A stretch of 64,000 nucleotides of DNA from Macrotis lagotis (GCF_037893015.1 NC_133658.1:742146877-742210876); one strand, 5' to 3'. Positions 12,909 through 26,449 are shown, counted from the stretch's first letter. A program made the numbers and translations. The notes: generated from the sequence alone by a model not told the origin.

Positions 12909-14050
12909 GAGGTAAGAGAATTGTATGAAAATAAAAGGTGATAATAAAGCACCCCTGAAGCAAAATACAAAAGTCTAACCTACTGATTAAAAATACAATT
13001 TCTAGGTTATCATTTCCCTAAGCAAGCACAAGGTTATGGCTTTTATGGTGTCTAACAACTAGTCTGTTGCTATCTTCTAACTGGAAACAAATTATCCTAT
13101 AAGCCTGTAAGGAAAGAACATCCAAGAGTATACAAAGCAGTTTTAAAAAGAAAACCTATATGGATAGATTTAATGTATGTATATTAAGATTGATTTATGT
13201 ATATATATTAAGATACAAATTGTATTTATATGATCTTCTTTACATTTGCCCAGAGTAACATACATGTATCTTAATCTAGCTAAACACATATTCTCCTACA
13301 ATTATAATAGTTACTTAATAACATTTGAAGCATTACAGTATAATCAAAAGAACCCTAGACTTGGAGTTATAAGACCATTGTTTGAATTTCAGCTCTGCTA
13401 TTTTTTTAATGATTTTGGGCAAACCATTAATAATCACATCTCTTAAGTCTTAGGCTATTCAATTATAAATTGAAAAAATTGGAATAGATGCCTTTTGTGG
13501 ATCTGCTATATAAGTTTAAAGCCTATGACCTTATAATGATATAAATTAGTAAGTAATAAATTATATCTATGGAGACTGACACGGAGTTGTTTTTAAGAAG
13601 CATCTAGAGATTTAATGGAAGCATTCTTCATTCATAGGCTTTGCTCTTGCTAATGGTTTGCCATAATCTCATGTTTATAGATCCTGAGTATTTAAAAATA
13701 TCATCTAGAATATAATAGTCATTTGAAAAATTCAAAGCTCAATACTGATTTACAGAATTTCAGTTTGAAGAAACTCCTGCATCTGAGGCTAACCTGTACT
13801 TGAACTAAAATCCACTTCACAACATACTTGACTGATAGTTCTATACACCTGTTGGCTTGAAGCCCTCCAGTCTTGGGGAGTATACACTGCTGCTTAAGGC
13901 ACCCCATTCCACCTCTGAATGATTCTAATTGCTGATAAGTAAAAGAAACCAAATTAATAAAACTGGATAGTCTGAGCTTCCAATTTCTTCTCTGGGAATC
14001 AAACTCAAAAAGATTCTATAGTTGGAAATTTCTTTAAACTATAGGTAAAT

Positions 14051-14210
14051 GGGGGCAGCTAGGTGGCGCAGTGGATAAAGCACTGGCCCTGGAGTCAGGA
14101 GTAGCTGGGTTCAAATCCGGTCTCAGACACTTAATAATTACCTAGCTGTGTGGTGGCCTTGGGCAAGCCACTTAACCCCATTTGCCTTGCAAAAACCTAA
14201 AAAAAAAAAA
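14051..14210 (+). mobile_element. tRNA-derived SINE with a target-site duplication of aactataggtaaatg.
   Basis: Consensus match and a perfect 14-15-bp flanking direct repeat. Confidence 0.95.
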
Positions 14211-15440
14211 CTATAGGTAAATGTATCTGTAACTTCCAATCTTAGGCTGCAATCAAACTCTTCTTAAATTTTATGAGCCTAATTGCAATAGCCCCTAGAT
14301 CTGGCAGGACTCAGGAGAGTACTATAAAACCCAGTAAATTTTATCAGGTCACTCTCTTTGGTTATACTACTCAAAAGAAAAACAGTCAATAATATTGAAA
14401 TAATTGAAATAATATTGAAATACAATAATAAAGATAAATAGCTAGCATTTTTATGGCTCCTATTTGTAAGATACTGTGCTAAGCATTTTCAAATATTGAC
14501 AAATATTGTCTCATCTCTGTGAGGCAGGTGATATTATTTCCATTTTGCAATTGAGGAATCTCAGGCAAACAGAGGCCATATAATTTACCCAGGGTCACAA
14601 AGCTTCTAAGTGTGAGTCTCAAGTTTTCCTAATATCTACTCCAGCACACTGGGCCACCTACCTGTTATAAAAGTTTCTAACATAGTCACATAGCTGGAGA
14701 GGCAGTGGGAAGGAGGACAACTCTAAGTAGGAGAAATAATGTGAAGGGAAATTATAAGCTACTGACAGATCATTTTATACCAAAGCTTTAAACTTTTTTA
14801 GATGAAATGATGAGATAGGATTTACCAGTAAATGAGGGCAGATAAATTTTGGAACCATGTACTAATAGATGAAGAAACTTCCAATCTATAATTAGGAATT
14901 TCATTTGAATAGCTCTTGGGAACCATGTTGTTTTCTGAGAACAAATGTGAAAGAATTATAGCATCATAGATTTAGAACTGGAAAGAACCTTGGATACCAT
15001 TTGGTATACCCTCTTCATTTTACAGATGAATTATTAAGAACAGAAAGTCTAAGTGACTTTTCCAAGGTTACATGAGGCATTAAGTAGCAAAGACAGAACT
15101 TTAATCAATCAGTTATCCAGGTTTTATTATGTTTCTACAATGTACCAAACACTTTGCTAAACTACAAGGGATTCAAAAACATAATTAAAACAGTCCATGT
15201 CCTCAAAAATTAACAGTCTAAACGGAGAGATTGTCCATATGGATATACAAGTATTAAATAACAATAGAAACATAAAAAGCAGCTTTGGAAGAGTACTCTG
15301 GAAATTCTGGGATCAGAAAATGCCTTAAAGACTATCAGACTGCCTTCTCTGGGGGGTGGGGGGGAGGGAAATGAGACTGCAGACAAAATTATAAAATTCA
15401 AAAAACAATTTAAAATAATTCAAAAGAGAAAATGCCTTCA

Positions 15441-15600
15441 GGAGAGCTAGGTGGCAGAGTGGATAGAGCAGACGCCTGGAGTCAGGAGGACCTGAGTTCA
15501 AATCTGACCTCAAACAGTTAATAATTGCCTAAATGTATGACCTTGGGGAAATCACTTAACCCCATTACCTCAAATAAAATTGAAAAAGAGAAAAAAGAAA
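15441..15600 (+). mobile_element. tRNA-derived SINE with a target-site duplication of agaaaatgcctt.
   Basis: Consensus match and a flanking repeat. Confidence 0.85.
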
Positions 15601-16179
15601 ATGCCTTTCTACAAAATGAATGACCCCAAAGCCAGCATCACTTTCACTTTACCAATACCTAAAGGTGATCCTCAATTATAAATATAAGAATAAACTAAAA
15701 GATATTATGCAATATAGAAAGATGTTTTGCATAATTACACAATTATAATTAATATTACATTTCCTCCTCAATGGTAGGGAGAGGGAGGGAAGGAAAGAAT
15801 TTGGAATTTAAAATGTTTTTTAAAATGTTAAATAAATTTAATTTTCAAAATTAAAATGAATGTAACAACAAAAGATTTTTTATTAGTCATCTCTATAAGA
15901 TTCCCACAGACAAGGCCTATATTCAGAGTATGTAAAAACAAAAGAAAACTTGTACATATACCAGAATTGTAGTGACTTCATTTTTATTAAGTATTTTTTC
16001 TTTTTCCTTTCCCAAATCAGGCTTAAGTTGTGAGGAGAGTAGAATAGGAATAGTAATATTAAAAAATTTAAAAGCTTCATTCAAGCATTTTTTTCCACAA
16101 GCATAGAGGAGGAAACACAGGAAAACAAAGACAGATCTGGAAGCATTCATGTGCTGAATGTGCTTGTTGCACAAAACAA

Positions 16180-16700
16180 GGAATTCGTTTCAGATCCAGT
16201 TCTCTTTTTTATTTCCACTCTACAGATGGCATTGCCTATCTGATCTGGAGTTAGTTAAGAATGAAAAATTAAAAAAAAAAGTCATAGCAGCCCTTTTAGA
16301 GACAATAAACTGGAATACAAGAAGATGTCCAGCAATTGGGGATATGCTAAGCAAACTAAATAGACGCAATGGAATATCAATTACTATGCTGTAAGAAACA
16401 ATGAACTGGAAGAATTCAGAGACACCTGGGAAGACATATGAACTGATGCAGAAGAAAATCAGTAAAATAACTACCACCATGTAAAAGGGAAAAAATTCTG
16501 AAAGTGAGCACTATTTAAATTACAATGACCAAGTTTCACCTAAATGAAGCAATAGGGACTACGAGAATGGAATACTGAATATATTGTTAGACCTGGAAGA
16601 TACAATAATATAGTGCTGAATACTCTTTTCACCCCAAATTTTTTATTTTTAGGTATGAGGGATGACTTACTAGGAAAAGGAAAGGAGAAAAGGATATGAA
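16180..16700 (+). mobile_element. L1 3'-end fragment.
   Basis: Contains ...ctggaatacaagaagatgtccagcaattggggatatgctaagcaaactaaatagacgcaatggaatat...gaattcagagacacctgggaagacatatgaactgatgcagaag. Confidence 0.7.
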
Positions 16701-16963
16701 ATCTTCTCTAATCTTCTTTAATATCTCAATAATATCAAACTATTTCAAAAATTCTAAATACTTCAACAACCTCCTCATTGCTGATTATTTTCAGTATTAT
16801 GGTGACTATTTTTTTTGTTGTTTATTTTTTTAATGTTAATTTTTATACTGCTTTTACATCTGTTCTGTCTTAAAAGGAGGGTCTTTGTCTTTTTAATTGT
16901 TCTCTTTTCATTCTACCATCTAATTTATAGTATTATATATTCTGCAATGCAAAAAAGTATTAC

Positions 16964-17050
16964 CTTCATTAAAGCAGTTTCTCCATTACTCTGCTGAACA
17001 TTCACAAAAGCTCCAGCTTCCAAAAGAATAGCCACTGTGGTTAAAAAGTT
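16964..17050 (-). CDS. MPHOSPH8: MPHOSPH8 exon 9: NFLTTVAILLEAGAFVNVQQSNGETALMK.
   Basis: The acceptor is tcttttcaaag|AACTTT and the donor is ATGAAG|gtaatact. The exon is 87 nt and matches the human sequence at all 29 residues. Confidence 0.85.
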
Positions 17051-17471
17051 CTTTGAAAAGAAGAGAAATAATCAAACTGAAATTCTACAGAAGTTATTTT
17101 TATAATTGTCAATAAATTTTAAATTTTGTTCATTCCAACCAATTGTCCATTACTCATATCACCTTCATTTATGATTTAATTTTCATTTATAAAATATGTT
17201 AGCTTCTAATGGACAGATTTAATTAATACTATCTGCTATCCTAAGTTCTTTTGGAAGTTATAATTTTGAATATTTAATTAACTGTTCCATATAAATGGAT
17301 GTAATGAAATACATTATAATGTTTTTACAACTAAATATATTGTAGATCAGTACTAGTAGAAGTTGTTATTTCAAAATAGAGAAAAAAGATACATACATGT
17401 GATACTCAGACATTTGGAGGGTAGTATTATAAAAGCAAAGTCTTCTCAGATTCAAAGGCAGTCAGTCTTAC

Positions 17472-17612
17472 CTTCTCAGCTGCATGAATGAGAGCAGTGG
17501 TTCCATTTTTCTGTCTACCATTAACTTTAGCTCCTTTCTTGATAAGGAGCCTGAGTAAGTCATCTTGTCCTCCTGCTGCTGCAAGCATCACCAGTGTCAT
17601 TCCACTAGAGTC
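17472..17612 (-). CDS. MPHOSPH8: MPHOSPH8 exon 8, where the ankyrin repeats begin: DSSGMTLVMLAAAGGQDDLLRLLIKKGAKVNGRQKNGTTALIHAAEK.
   Basis: The acceptor is caaataaag|GACTCT and the donor is GAGAAG|gtaagact. The exon is 141 nt in phase 0-0. It differs from human MPP8 at one residue (K for T in LLIKKG versus LLITKG). Confidence 0.85.
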
Positions 17613-17759
17613 CTTTATTTGTAAAAGGGAACAAAAATCAAATTTTAACAAACTCTTTTAGAACAAATTTAGAGAATTCTAAATTCAATTTGATACAAGA
17701 CACTTCCAATTATCATTTAAGTACTTATTATGTGCAGAGTCCAGGGATAAGCCCTGGAA

Positions 17760-18010
17760 ATTTTGTTGTTTAATCATTTTTCAGTCATGTCCAACTCTTC
17801 ATGACCACATTTAGGTTTTTCTTGGCAAAGAAAACTGGAGTGGTTTGCCATTTCTTTCTCCAGCTTATTTTAGTAAATGAGGAAACTGAAGCAAACAGGG
17901 TTAAGTGATTTGCTCAGTCACTCAGGTAGCAAGAGTCTGAGACTAGATTTGAACTCAGAAAGAGGAGTCTTGACTACAGGCCCAGGATTCTACCCACAAC
18001 CACCTAGAGT
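17760..18010 (-). mobile_element. Long MIR/CORE-related marsupial SINE of the ttcagtcatgtccaactcttcatgacc...gaggaaactgaagcaaacagggttaagtgatttgc...agatttgaactcag type.
   Basis: It has a MIR core in reverse orientation. A second copy of the same family is at 56530-56770. Confidence 0.7.
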
Positions 18011-19299
18011 CCTAAATAAACAAAGATGAAAAAACTGTACAGGACCAAAATAAAAAAATGAGAGACTTCAACTTCCAAAAATGTTCATACAAAGGTCTAC
18101 TTCACATATCAATTTCAAAACACCAAGTCTGATTTCTTTCCATCCTGGCTACATTTAAAGTCAACAAGATATAGTAATGAAGAAACTGACTTCCTTAAAG
18201 GAACAAATTGAGAAAATGAAGAGTGGCAAGATGGCAACCAAATCACAATTTTTCTGCTACCCTCTCAGCAAGTGAGGACCCTGTGGAAAAGCAGACTCTC
18301 TCAAATAAAAACCAGAAAAGATCACTAGTGAAGTTCAATAGTTCTTTGTTTAATGAGTAGGATGAACAGTACATGATGCTTACATGATGCTAAATCAAAA
18401 AAATTCTTATTACAAGGAATCAATGTGTGGCAGTGAATGCCCAGATGATCTGAAATCCTCCAATCCTAAAATGCTGACTCCACTTTAAAGCTCTGGTTTT
18501 CTTTCAGATAGTATGTATGTATTATTCTTCTCCCTCCACTTTATTTTCTTCAAAATGAAGAGTAATTTCAGTAAAAATAAGCTCAGTAATTGCCTGAAAA
18601 TTAAAAAAAAAATTTCCCAAACATCTCTAAGTACTTCATAAGCAGACCCCTATGTGTTTTGAGCAGGATTTATGGCTTACAGTATTAAGTAAAAGAAAGA
18701 AAAGATATGAAAAAAATCTCCAAGTAAAAGGGTATAGCATGAGAAGCAGTAAAGGTGGGAAAAGGACAAGACAATGGCAAAAGCAAGATTCTTACTACTT
18801 CACAATTGCTAGACTATGAAGATAGAACAGTCTGCTTATCTACAAAGTCCCAACTGCACAAACTGTTTCTCAGTCTGGCAGACTTCCTGGCACCTGCTTT
18901 GATTCCCAAGATACAGAAATGCAAACTATTATGTCCAGGGGAGTGAGGGCAGGAAAAGGGGGAGAGCCTTCAAATCTGACACATTCAGGGACTCCTGCAA
19001 ACTCTGAGAACCCTGGGTTCAGTTTTCCTAGAAAATATGGTAACTCAAAAAAGAAAAGCTTAGGGGACCCCTTAATATTGCTTAACAGTACCCTATCCTA
19101 ATATTTCTTTTTAAAAAATTACCTAAACATGAAAACATACATACATTCTCAATCAACAAAATCGTCACTCAAAAACCTTCAACTGAGAATGGGAAAAAAC
19201 ATCTGTTTTACAGATACAGAAGTAAAGCAAAATATATTTCCATCTTCCTCTGTTTATCAGAAGATGGGTGAAAAAATATCCATCTTCTAGAATGATGGC

Positions 19300-21300
19300 A
19301 GGTCACTGCATTAATCAATCTTAAGTCTTTCAGAGCTGTCTTTACCATATTATTGTTATTACATAAATTGGATCTGTTTACATCACTCAGGTCCTACATG
19401 TCTTTCAAGGTTTCTCTAATGCCATCCTCCATCATTTCTTACATTACATTAATATGCCATTAACAGTTCATGAGCAACCCCTCAGATTCCCACTTTTTCT
19501 GTCACCTGAAAGAGCTATAAATATCTTATACGTCCTTAAAACTTTGTTTTGCTTAGGACTAATTCTTCCCCTTAACCTATGCTGCCACAAATTCCACCTT
19601 TTCCTTTCCTCTCCTTTCCCTCCTATTCTGCCACTGAGCAAAACATATTTTTGTACCCAACTCTCTGTGTCTTTATTCTTCCTTCTTTTAACCAGTTCAG
19701 ATGAAAGTGAAGTTCACATGTTGGCTTCTCCCTCCACACCTTCCTCCCAGTTTGCATAGCTGTCTACTTTCACTTTCTTTCCCTTCTGTTTCTATTCTTT
19801 CTTAAGATCATCAAGAAATAGCAGAACCACTCTTGGGCCTTGTCTAACTTGATGCCCTCTGTGAATCCGAGTGATGACTGGACTCAGAGGGGACACATAT
19901 AATATCTCATATTTTAATTTAAGCAGTTCATCAGCCTGTTCATTCATGTTTATATTTCATGTTTCTCTTCAATCCTGTGTTCAGACTTCAGAGTATCTCC
20001 CCAACTCAGGTTTTCATTAAGAATGCTTAGAAGTCCTCAATGTCATTAAAGTTCCATTTGCCCTCCTCTCAGTTGCATAATACTCAGTTCTGTTAAGTTT
20101 TTCTTGACTGTAAGCCTGTATCATTTGCCTTCTGGAATATCATATTCTAAGTCCTCTGCTCCTTTACAGAGTAGCTACTGACTGGATTCTTGGTACTTTA
20201 ATTCTTTCTTTCAAGTTACTACTTGCAGTATTTTCCAGATTTGGGCTATAGTTTCAGGGAGTTTTCATCTTGGAGTTGCTTTTAGGAAAGGACTAGTAGA
20301 GTCTTTCTACTTCTATTTCACTCTCTTTTAAGACTGCTTGAAATAAGACAACTAGTCTTCTCTTCTCGGTTCATGGTATTCAGGTAGTTCACTGATTTTT
20401 TTTTTAAATTTATTTTTTAGGTTTTGGGGATTTTTTTTGCAAGGTAAATGGGGTTAAGTGGCTTGCCCAAGACCACACAGCTAGGTAATTATTAAGTGTC
20501 TGAGGCCGGATATGAATTCAGGTACTTCTGACTCCAGGGTCTATCCACTGCGCCGCCTAGCCGCCCCCAGTTCACGGATTCTTAATATATTCCTCCTTTA
20601 TTTGATTTTTAGGGTCAGTGAAAAAGTTTTTTTCTGTAAAATACCTTGCACTTTCTTCTATTATTTCAAGCTTCTGATCCAAAGCATACACTGATTGCTG
20701 CCCACCTGGTCTGAGTTGTGCAAGTTCCCTGAGCCATCTGGGAAGGTTTACTGGTTCAGACTGACAGAAATGCAGGCTCCCCTTTCATCTGAGATTGCTG
20801 CCCTGGTTATTCTTCTGCAGACCACTAAACTGCCTGGGGTGGACCAACTGCTCCCAACCCTGGAACATAGCTTCCACACAGGTCTCCTCTTCAGTCAGCC
20901 CAGTATCCAGAACCTGGAAATGGGTAATGGCAACAAAGTTTCCAGGTGTTCCAAACTGTCTCTATCATGACGTCTTCAAAGTGGGTCTGGAACTTCTTAT
21001 CCTATTGCACAACTTCTTTTTTTGCAATGGAATTTTCCACAGACCTGCCCTTGGGCAGGCAGATCTATTCTCCAATTTCCACAGTCTATATGTGCTGACA
21101 TGGGCTGCAAAAATTACTCACTGTGATTTTTCATTGATGTTTCCCTTCAAGATTTGGCCCAGAGTGTTTTTTTTAGATAGGTTTAGAGGAGTCTGTAGAA
21201 AAAATTGCTTTACATCCTTCCTTCTCCTCTGCCATACTGGCCCCACCTTTGAATTACGAGTTTAGACAAAACATGTATGTTTTTGGTTTTTTCCTCTGAT
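19300..21300 (-). mobile_element. L1 internal (ORF2-region) fragment in sense orientation relative to MPHOSPH8, lying in intron 7. A SINE is nested at 20398-20568.
   Basis: It resembles the reverse complement of L1 ORF2. The 20690-21250 portion is homologous to 10230-10800. Confidence 0.55.
20398..20568 (-). mobile_element. tRNA-derived SINE in reverse orientation, nested inside an L1 fragment, with a target-site duplication of approximately agttcac(t/g)gatt.
   Basis: Consensus match and a flanking repeat. Confidence 0.85.
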
Positions 21301-21496
21301 TTTTCTTTCACATGATTGATATGTAAATATGTTAAACATGAGTGACCACATATAATCTCTATCATATTGCTGTCACGGAGAAGGGGGAAGGGAGGGAGGT
21401 AGAAAAAGGTGGCACTCAAAAGCTTTTACAAAAAGATGAATGTTGAAAATTTTGCATGTAATTAAAAAAATAAAATAATTGTTAAGAAAAAAGGTT

Positions 21497-21650
21497 TGGG
21501 GAAGGCTAGGTGGTACAGTGGATAGAGCACTGGCCCTGGAGTCAGGAGTACCCAAGTTCAAATCTGGCCTCAGACAATAATTACCTAGCTGTGTGGCCTT
21601 GGGCAAGTCACTTAAACCCACTGCCTTGCAAAAAATAAAAATTAAAAAAG
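21497..21650 (+). mobile_element. tRNA-derived SINE.
   Basis: Consensus head (gaaggctaggtggtacagtggatagagcactggccctggagtcaggag) plus an A-rich tail. Confidence 0.9.
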
Positions 21651-21968
21651 ATATCTATATGCAAGTCAAAAACAGAGAACGTATAATGTTCTGAAAAGTA
21701 CCAAAAAAAAAGGAAAATGAACTCAACCTGAATCAAAGAAAAAGTCAAAGTTTTGACAAGAAGGGGAAAATTCAGTAAAAAGATTGAATTAAGTAAAAAA
21801 TAATGCAATACAAGTATTAGGATTTGTTATGAGGAAGAAAAGCTTTTAGAAAGGCCATAAGACATTTTTAAAGAAATTGGTGATTACTTCTGATGTCACA
21901 TTAACTTATTAACAATACTGTAGGAGCTACACGTCAATAAACTTTTCATAGGAATATGACATTATTAC

Positions 21969-22057
21969 CTCTTGGTCCAAATTGTACTCCTCATTTGAAT
22001 TAAGTGCAATTTTCACTGTAACATAGTCACCATTTTTCACTGCATCCCTCAGTAAGT
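21969..22057 (-). CDS. MPHOSPH8: MPHOSPH8 exon 7: (N)LLRDAVKNGDYVTVKIALNSNEEYNLDQE.
   Basis: The acceptor is cttctttag|ACTTACTG and the donor is CAAGAG|gtaataat. It matches human NVLRDAVKNGDYITVKVALNSNEEYNLDQE. Confidence 0.8.
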
Positions 22058-22164
22058 CTAAAGAAGGAAAAAAGTCAGTTTTATACCAATTATTATTTCT
22101 GGAATTTTTTTTTAATACCAATTGGATTTCTCAAATGATAGCTTATAAATTCAGAAATACTTAC

Positions 22165-22287
22165 TACTTGGTATAGCATCTGCTGTCGCAAAATTCTCAT
22201 CTTCTCCATTAAGATGCTTTTGAAAATCTTCTAATTTCATCCATTCCAATTGCAAATCCATTCCCAAACTCAAAACTTGCTGTCTGT
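22165..22287 (-). CDS. MPHOSPH8: MPHOSPH8 exon 6: (D)RQQVLSLGMDLQLEWMKLEDFQKHLNGEDENFATADAIPS(N).
   Basis: The acceptor is ctaacag|ACAGACAG and the donor is AGTA|gtaagt. The exon is 123 nt with phase 2 in and 1 nt out. It matches human DGRQQILSLGMDLQLEWMKLEDFQKHLDGKDENFAATDAIPSN. It is shorter than 60 codons and so is absent from the ORF track. Confidence 0.8.
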
Positions 22288-23511
22288 CTGTTAGATATGC
22301 AAGTGACTTATTACCTTTTTAAAGATGATCATATCACAAATTTGCTATTTTTCCATCTTCCTTAACTTTATGTGGAAACTAAAAACTATGTCACAAAGTG
22401 AAATAAGGATCTCTATCTATACAGATTTATCTATTACACACATACATTCTTCTCTTTCTCCAATAAGCACTAACTCCTTTACTTAAAATAAAAATTTTTT
22501 AAATGAGCTTTCTTTTGAACAGAGTATTTGAATCCCAGCTCTGCCACTTACTATTTGACATTGGGGCCTCAATTTTTTTCATCTAACAAAAGGGGACTGG
22601 ATTTTTTAGCTTTAAATTTACTACCCTAAAATTTAGATGTCATTCTAACCAATGGTTAGCAACAATTCCAACTAGGATGGAACTCCGGTTCCAACGTAGG
22701 TTGGAAAGAGGAATAAACTCTAGCACAGCCTCAAATAATTCAGTAATAAATGGAGGTGAATGTTAAAATTTTTTCATCTAATTATCAAAACTTGAAAATG
22801 GCAATTCTTGATACCATAAGACTTAAAGTTTTCCACTAATGAGAAGTCCCTTATTAATCATTCTCCCTTTTGCTACAGCCTAGCTCAGAGATGCTAAGTA
22901 ATCTGGCTCCCTAACTCTTACATATCACTTACTTATCTACCTAAGTATTCTCTGTTCCGTCTTTCTTTCTCATCATCTAGAATATCCTTATATCAATTGT
23001 ACACCAAGCCTTTTCTCTCCTTCTTAGTTTAAAAAAAATACAATTTCATACCTTTCATGAACTTTTAATCTCACCATATCCATTCTGGCAAACTTCTTAC
23101 AGATTTCTTATTAGTGACAAGTTATAAATATATTTGTATATAATAGCATTTCATCCCTCTGTTGTCAAATTTTTGTTCCTGCCATCTTTTTCCCAAAATT
23201 TTTTTTTATTTCAAATTATATTTCTAGACATGTTAATTTCTAAACATAATGGTTTTTTTTAATATTTAGAGAGTTCAGGATATCCTCCTTCAACATAAAT
23301 TAATGGTTCATATTTCAAGAAAAGTTTACTCTATCCTACTTTCTAAATTTCAAATAGAAACTAAAGTCAAAGAGAAAATAGAAAATGTGGAAAAAACCTA
23401 CAAAAAATTTTGGTCTTCTGATTTTCAGGTACCTTATGATTTGTAAAAAGTTATAACTTGGTTGATTTTTGGTTGACTCATAATTTGTGAACCATCTTTC
23501 ATCATACTCAC

Positions 23512-23754
23512 CAGAATTTTCATCCATTTGACACACACTGTCTAACACTTCTTGATCACCTTCCGCAGCTATATAAGCCCATGTATCAGTTTCATCCCTT
23601 GTACTTCTTCTTTCCTTGTATAACTGCTTATTTTCCTTAGTTCTGTAGTCTTCAGTAAATGTTTCTTCTTTTTTCCGATTACTTTCAGAATAGTCATTTT
23701 TTTCTTCTGGGGTCAGTGTAAATAAATCAAATGCATTCCTCATTTCTTTAAATG
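23512..23754 (-). CDS. MPHOSPH8: MPHOSPH8 exon 5: (T)FKEMRNAFDLFTLTPEEKNDYSESNRKKEETFTEDYRTKENKQLYKERRSTRDETDTWAYIAAEGDQEVLDSVCQMDENS.
   Basis: The acceptor is ttactag|CATTTAAAG and the donor is TCTG|gtgagtat. It matches human TLKEIRNAFDLFKLTPEEKND...RDETDTWAYIAAEGDQEVLDSVCQADENS. Confidence 0.8.
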
Positions 23755-24481
23755 CTAGTAAAAATAAAAGATTTATGATAAATGTTACAATCACAAATTC
23801 TTTTGTAAAACAAAAATAAATTCCTGTCCTGTGGAGGCTTCAAGAAAATCTATTGCTTCTACTTTCTGATAAAGCTGACTATGGATAAAGGAATATACAC
23901 AAATTCAATATCAGAAACATCAAACAATTTCAGTGTGTCACTTTTTATTGGTTGCCCAATATCCAATAAAGTTCATAATAGTGACTGATGCTGCTTTTCT
24001 CCCCCTTCTGTAGACCTTCTCCTCTCACCCCTGAAATACTCTGGGTTCACATGGACTAGGTCTCATCTTAGGAGCCTGACCTACAGAGGTAAATCTCTCT
24101 TTTTTTTGTCCCCACTTGCATTATTTCAGGCAAATTTCCAAAATAAAAACTTTCACACAGCTTATATGCAGTGTCCCCCAAATGTGGGTAAGTAGTATTC
24201 CCAGATCCCAAAAGGCTTAATATGACTTCTGGGTATGAGATAGCCTTTATTTTATCCCACAGGAAATGTATAAGAAGATAAGGACTTAAACCAAGAACAA
24301 ATACAGAAGCAAAAATGTTAATGTGATTGTTCATTATTTTTTGGAAAGTCAGGTGTCTAGTTCTATTTTTGGCACCATAAGGAGAGAGAATCTTGTCTTT
24401 AAAAGGTCTATTTATTGTAAACATTTTACAAAATAAACTATATGTGTTAAAATCAAGTAAAATTCAATTATTTATACTCAC

Positions 24482-24581
24482 TCTTTAGTCCCTTTTGCTC
24501 TTTTTTCCCCCGTTCTTCCTTGTCAGAATCATACTTTTTCTGATATTTTTCTTTCACTTCATTTTTCTGTATTTCTTTCTC
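24482..24581 (-). CDS. MPHOSPH8: MPHOSPH8 exon 4: EKEIQKNEVKEKYQKKYDSDKEERGKKEQKGLK(T).
   Basis: The acceptor is cattatcag|GAGAAAG and the donor is AAAGA|gtgagt. The exon is 100 nt and leaves 1 nt for the next exon. It matches human EDKETKRNESKEKYQKRHDSDKEEKGRKEPKGLKT. Confidence 0.8.
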
Positions 24582-24969
24582 CTGATAATGAAAGCAAATC
24601 ACAAATGGAACTGGAAAGTGACAATATATACTAAACAGGGTCTGTTAAACAATAAAAAAACGGTATCAAGACTATAGAGTTTATTTTCCTTTGACAAAAT
24701 TACTAAATCTTAAAATTGTTTTCCTACAACTCTACCCTTCTACTATTTGGTATTAGTTAAAAAAATAATAAACTTATAATACTGAATTATTTAATATTTC
24801 ATCACATATCCTTCAGGTTATAAAGATAGGAAAAACATTATAGGGATTGCAGCAAGACATGAATGCTCTAATAGCAGTTTGGTTTCATAATCAATCCACT
24901 TTTTCTGTTCTTCATGTAGGAAAAATTTCACATTGGTCACTGTTAAATTCAGAGTAACAAAAAAAATGA

Positions 24970-25126
24970 ATTTTTTTTTTTTAGGTTTTTGCAAGGCAAT
25001 GGGGTTAAGTGGCTTGCCCAAGGCCACATGGGTAGGTCATTATTAAGTGTCTGAGGCCGGATTTGAACTCAGGTACTCCTGACTCCAGGGCCAGTGCTCT
25101 ATCCACTGCGGCACCTAGCTGCCCCC
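24970..25126 (-). mobile_element. tRNA-derived SINE in reverse orientation with a target-site duplication of aaaatgaatt.
   Basis: Consensus match and a flanking repeat. Confidence 0.9.
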
Positions 25127-25399
25127 AAAATGAATTATTTTTAAAAATAAAAAATAAAAATATTTAAAGATATTTAAAAATAAATATCCTAAGACACAAA
25201 CATTAAGAATTCAGAAAAACACGTGAATACCAATATATATAAATGTTGAAGGGAATATACCTTTTCTCTCTGATAATCAATAAAGTAATTAGTTTCAATG
25301 AATAAACTTTGCAGATGGTTGTGTTTAGATGTTTATTAATAGAATTTATATTTCACTTTAAAGTTTACCCAATGTCTTACAATTATTTCTTCATTTAAA

Positions 25400-25575
25400 C
25401 CTCACAATAACCCTGGGAGGCAAATACTATTATCCTCATTTTACAGATAGGGAAACTGAGGTATGTTTCAGTGATTTGCTCTGGGGCATATAGCTATTAA
25501 GTGGCTGAGACTAGATTTGAACTAAGGTCTTTTTGACTCCAGGGCCATTACTCTACCCACTGTACTAACTAGCTC
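25400..25575 (-). mobile_element. Diverged MIR-like/tRNA SINE in reverse orientation.
   Basis: Contains ttttacagatagggaaactgagg...agatttgaactaaggtctttttgactccagggccattactctacccactgtactaactagc. Confidence 0.7.
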
Positions 25576-25602
25576 TGTACGAAAGCATTTGAAAAGTACC
25601 TA

Positions 25603-25748
25603 ATTTTTTTTGGCAAGGCAGTGGGGTTAAGTGGCTTGCCCAAGGCCACACAGCTAGGTAATTATTAAGTGTCTGAGGTCAAATATGAACTCAGGTCCTC
25701 CTGACTCCAGGGCTGGTTGCTCTATCCACTGTGCCACCTAGATGCCCC
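25603..25748 (-). mobile_element. tRNA-derived SINE in reverse orientation.
   Basis: Consensus match. Confidence 0.9.
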
Positions 25749-26449
25749 AAAAAGGATCTAAATTTTTTAGAACAAAATTTATCAAGTAAAATATTAAAAG
25801 ATCTATGAAAATCAAAAAGTGTGAATAAAAAAGAACTTTGTTGATTAAGAAATAGAATTTGTATCCAATACCGGATAAAAAGTTTGATATCAAAGATATG
25901 CAGAAAATTTATATAAATTAATCTTTCTCCAATGAATTCTAAATATTCTAAATAAAAGAACTACAAACTATGGAGATAAAAGATCAGTCCAGATAACCAC
26001 CAAAAAGGAGAATATATATCACATTCTGAGATTTCACCATCCCCAGGACAATGGGAAAGACAGAAAACTGAAACTGTCAGTGTTGGAATCTATGGGGGAA
26101 AATGGGAACTGATTTAATAATTCTGGAAATCATTTTAGAAAAGAAAATTTATACATAAAATAGGGGATATTTTCAACACAAATGGGAAAAGCAAGGAAAT
26201 CATCTTTTTTTAAAAAAAAAAAAACCTATTCATTTCCTTGATTACCCTTACCTCTCCTCCCCAAACCCCCCAATTCTTCCACACACATATTCCCATAATC
26301 CATTGATCTGATGCACTTGGAGATTTACAGAATCCCCCTATCTAACTCTGAAGTCTCAAGTTGTAGATGATAGTCTAACGTTTATATGTGGGCTCTTTAC
26401 TTTTCCCTTTAATATTGTGGATTACATTCACTTTTGCAAATTAAAGAAT

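Noticed and set aside
20795-21265. A 156-aa plus-strand ORF, the longest in the track outside the gene.
   Set aside because: It lies inside an L1-derived segment that is repeated at 10230-10800. It has no recognisable domain and is cysteine/phenylalanine/leucine-rich, as chance ORFs in AT-rich repeats are. It runs antisense to MPHOSPH8 intron 7.
23336-23794. A 152-aa ORF taken as a single coding unit.
   Set aside because: Only 23512-23754 is exon (exon 5). The remainder of the ORF is intronic read-through past the GTGAGT donor.
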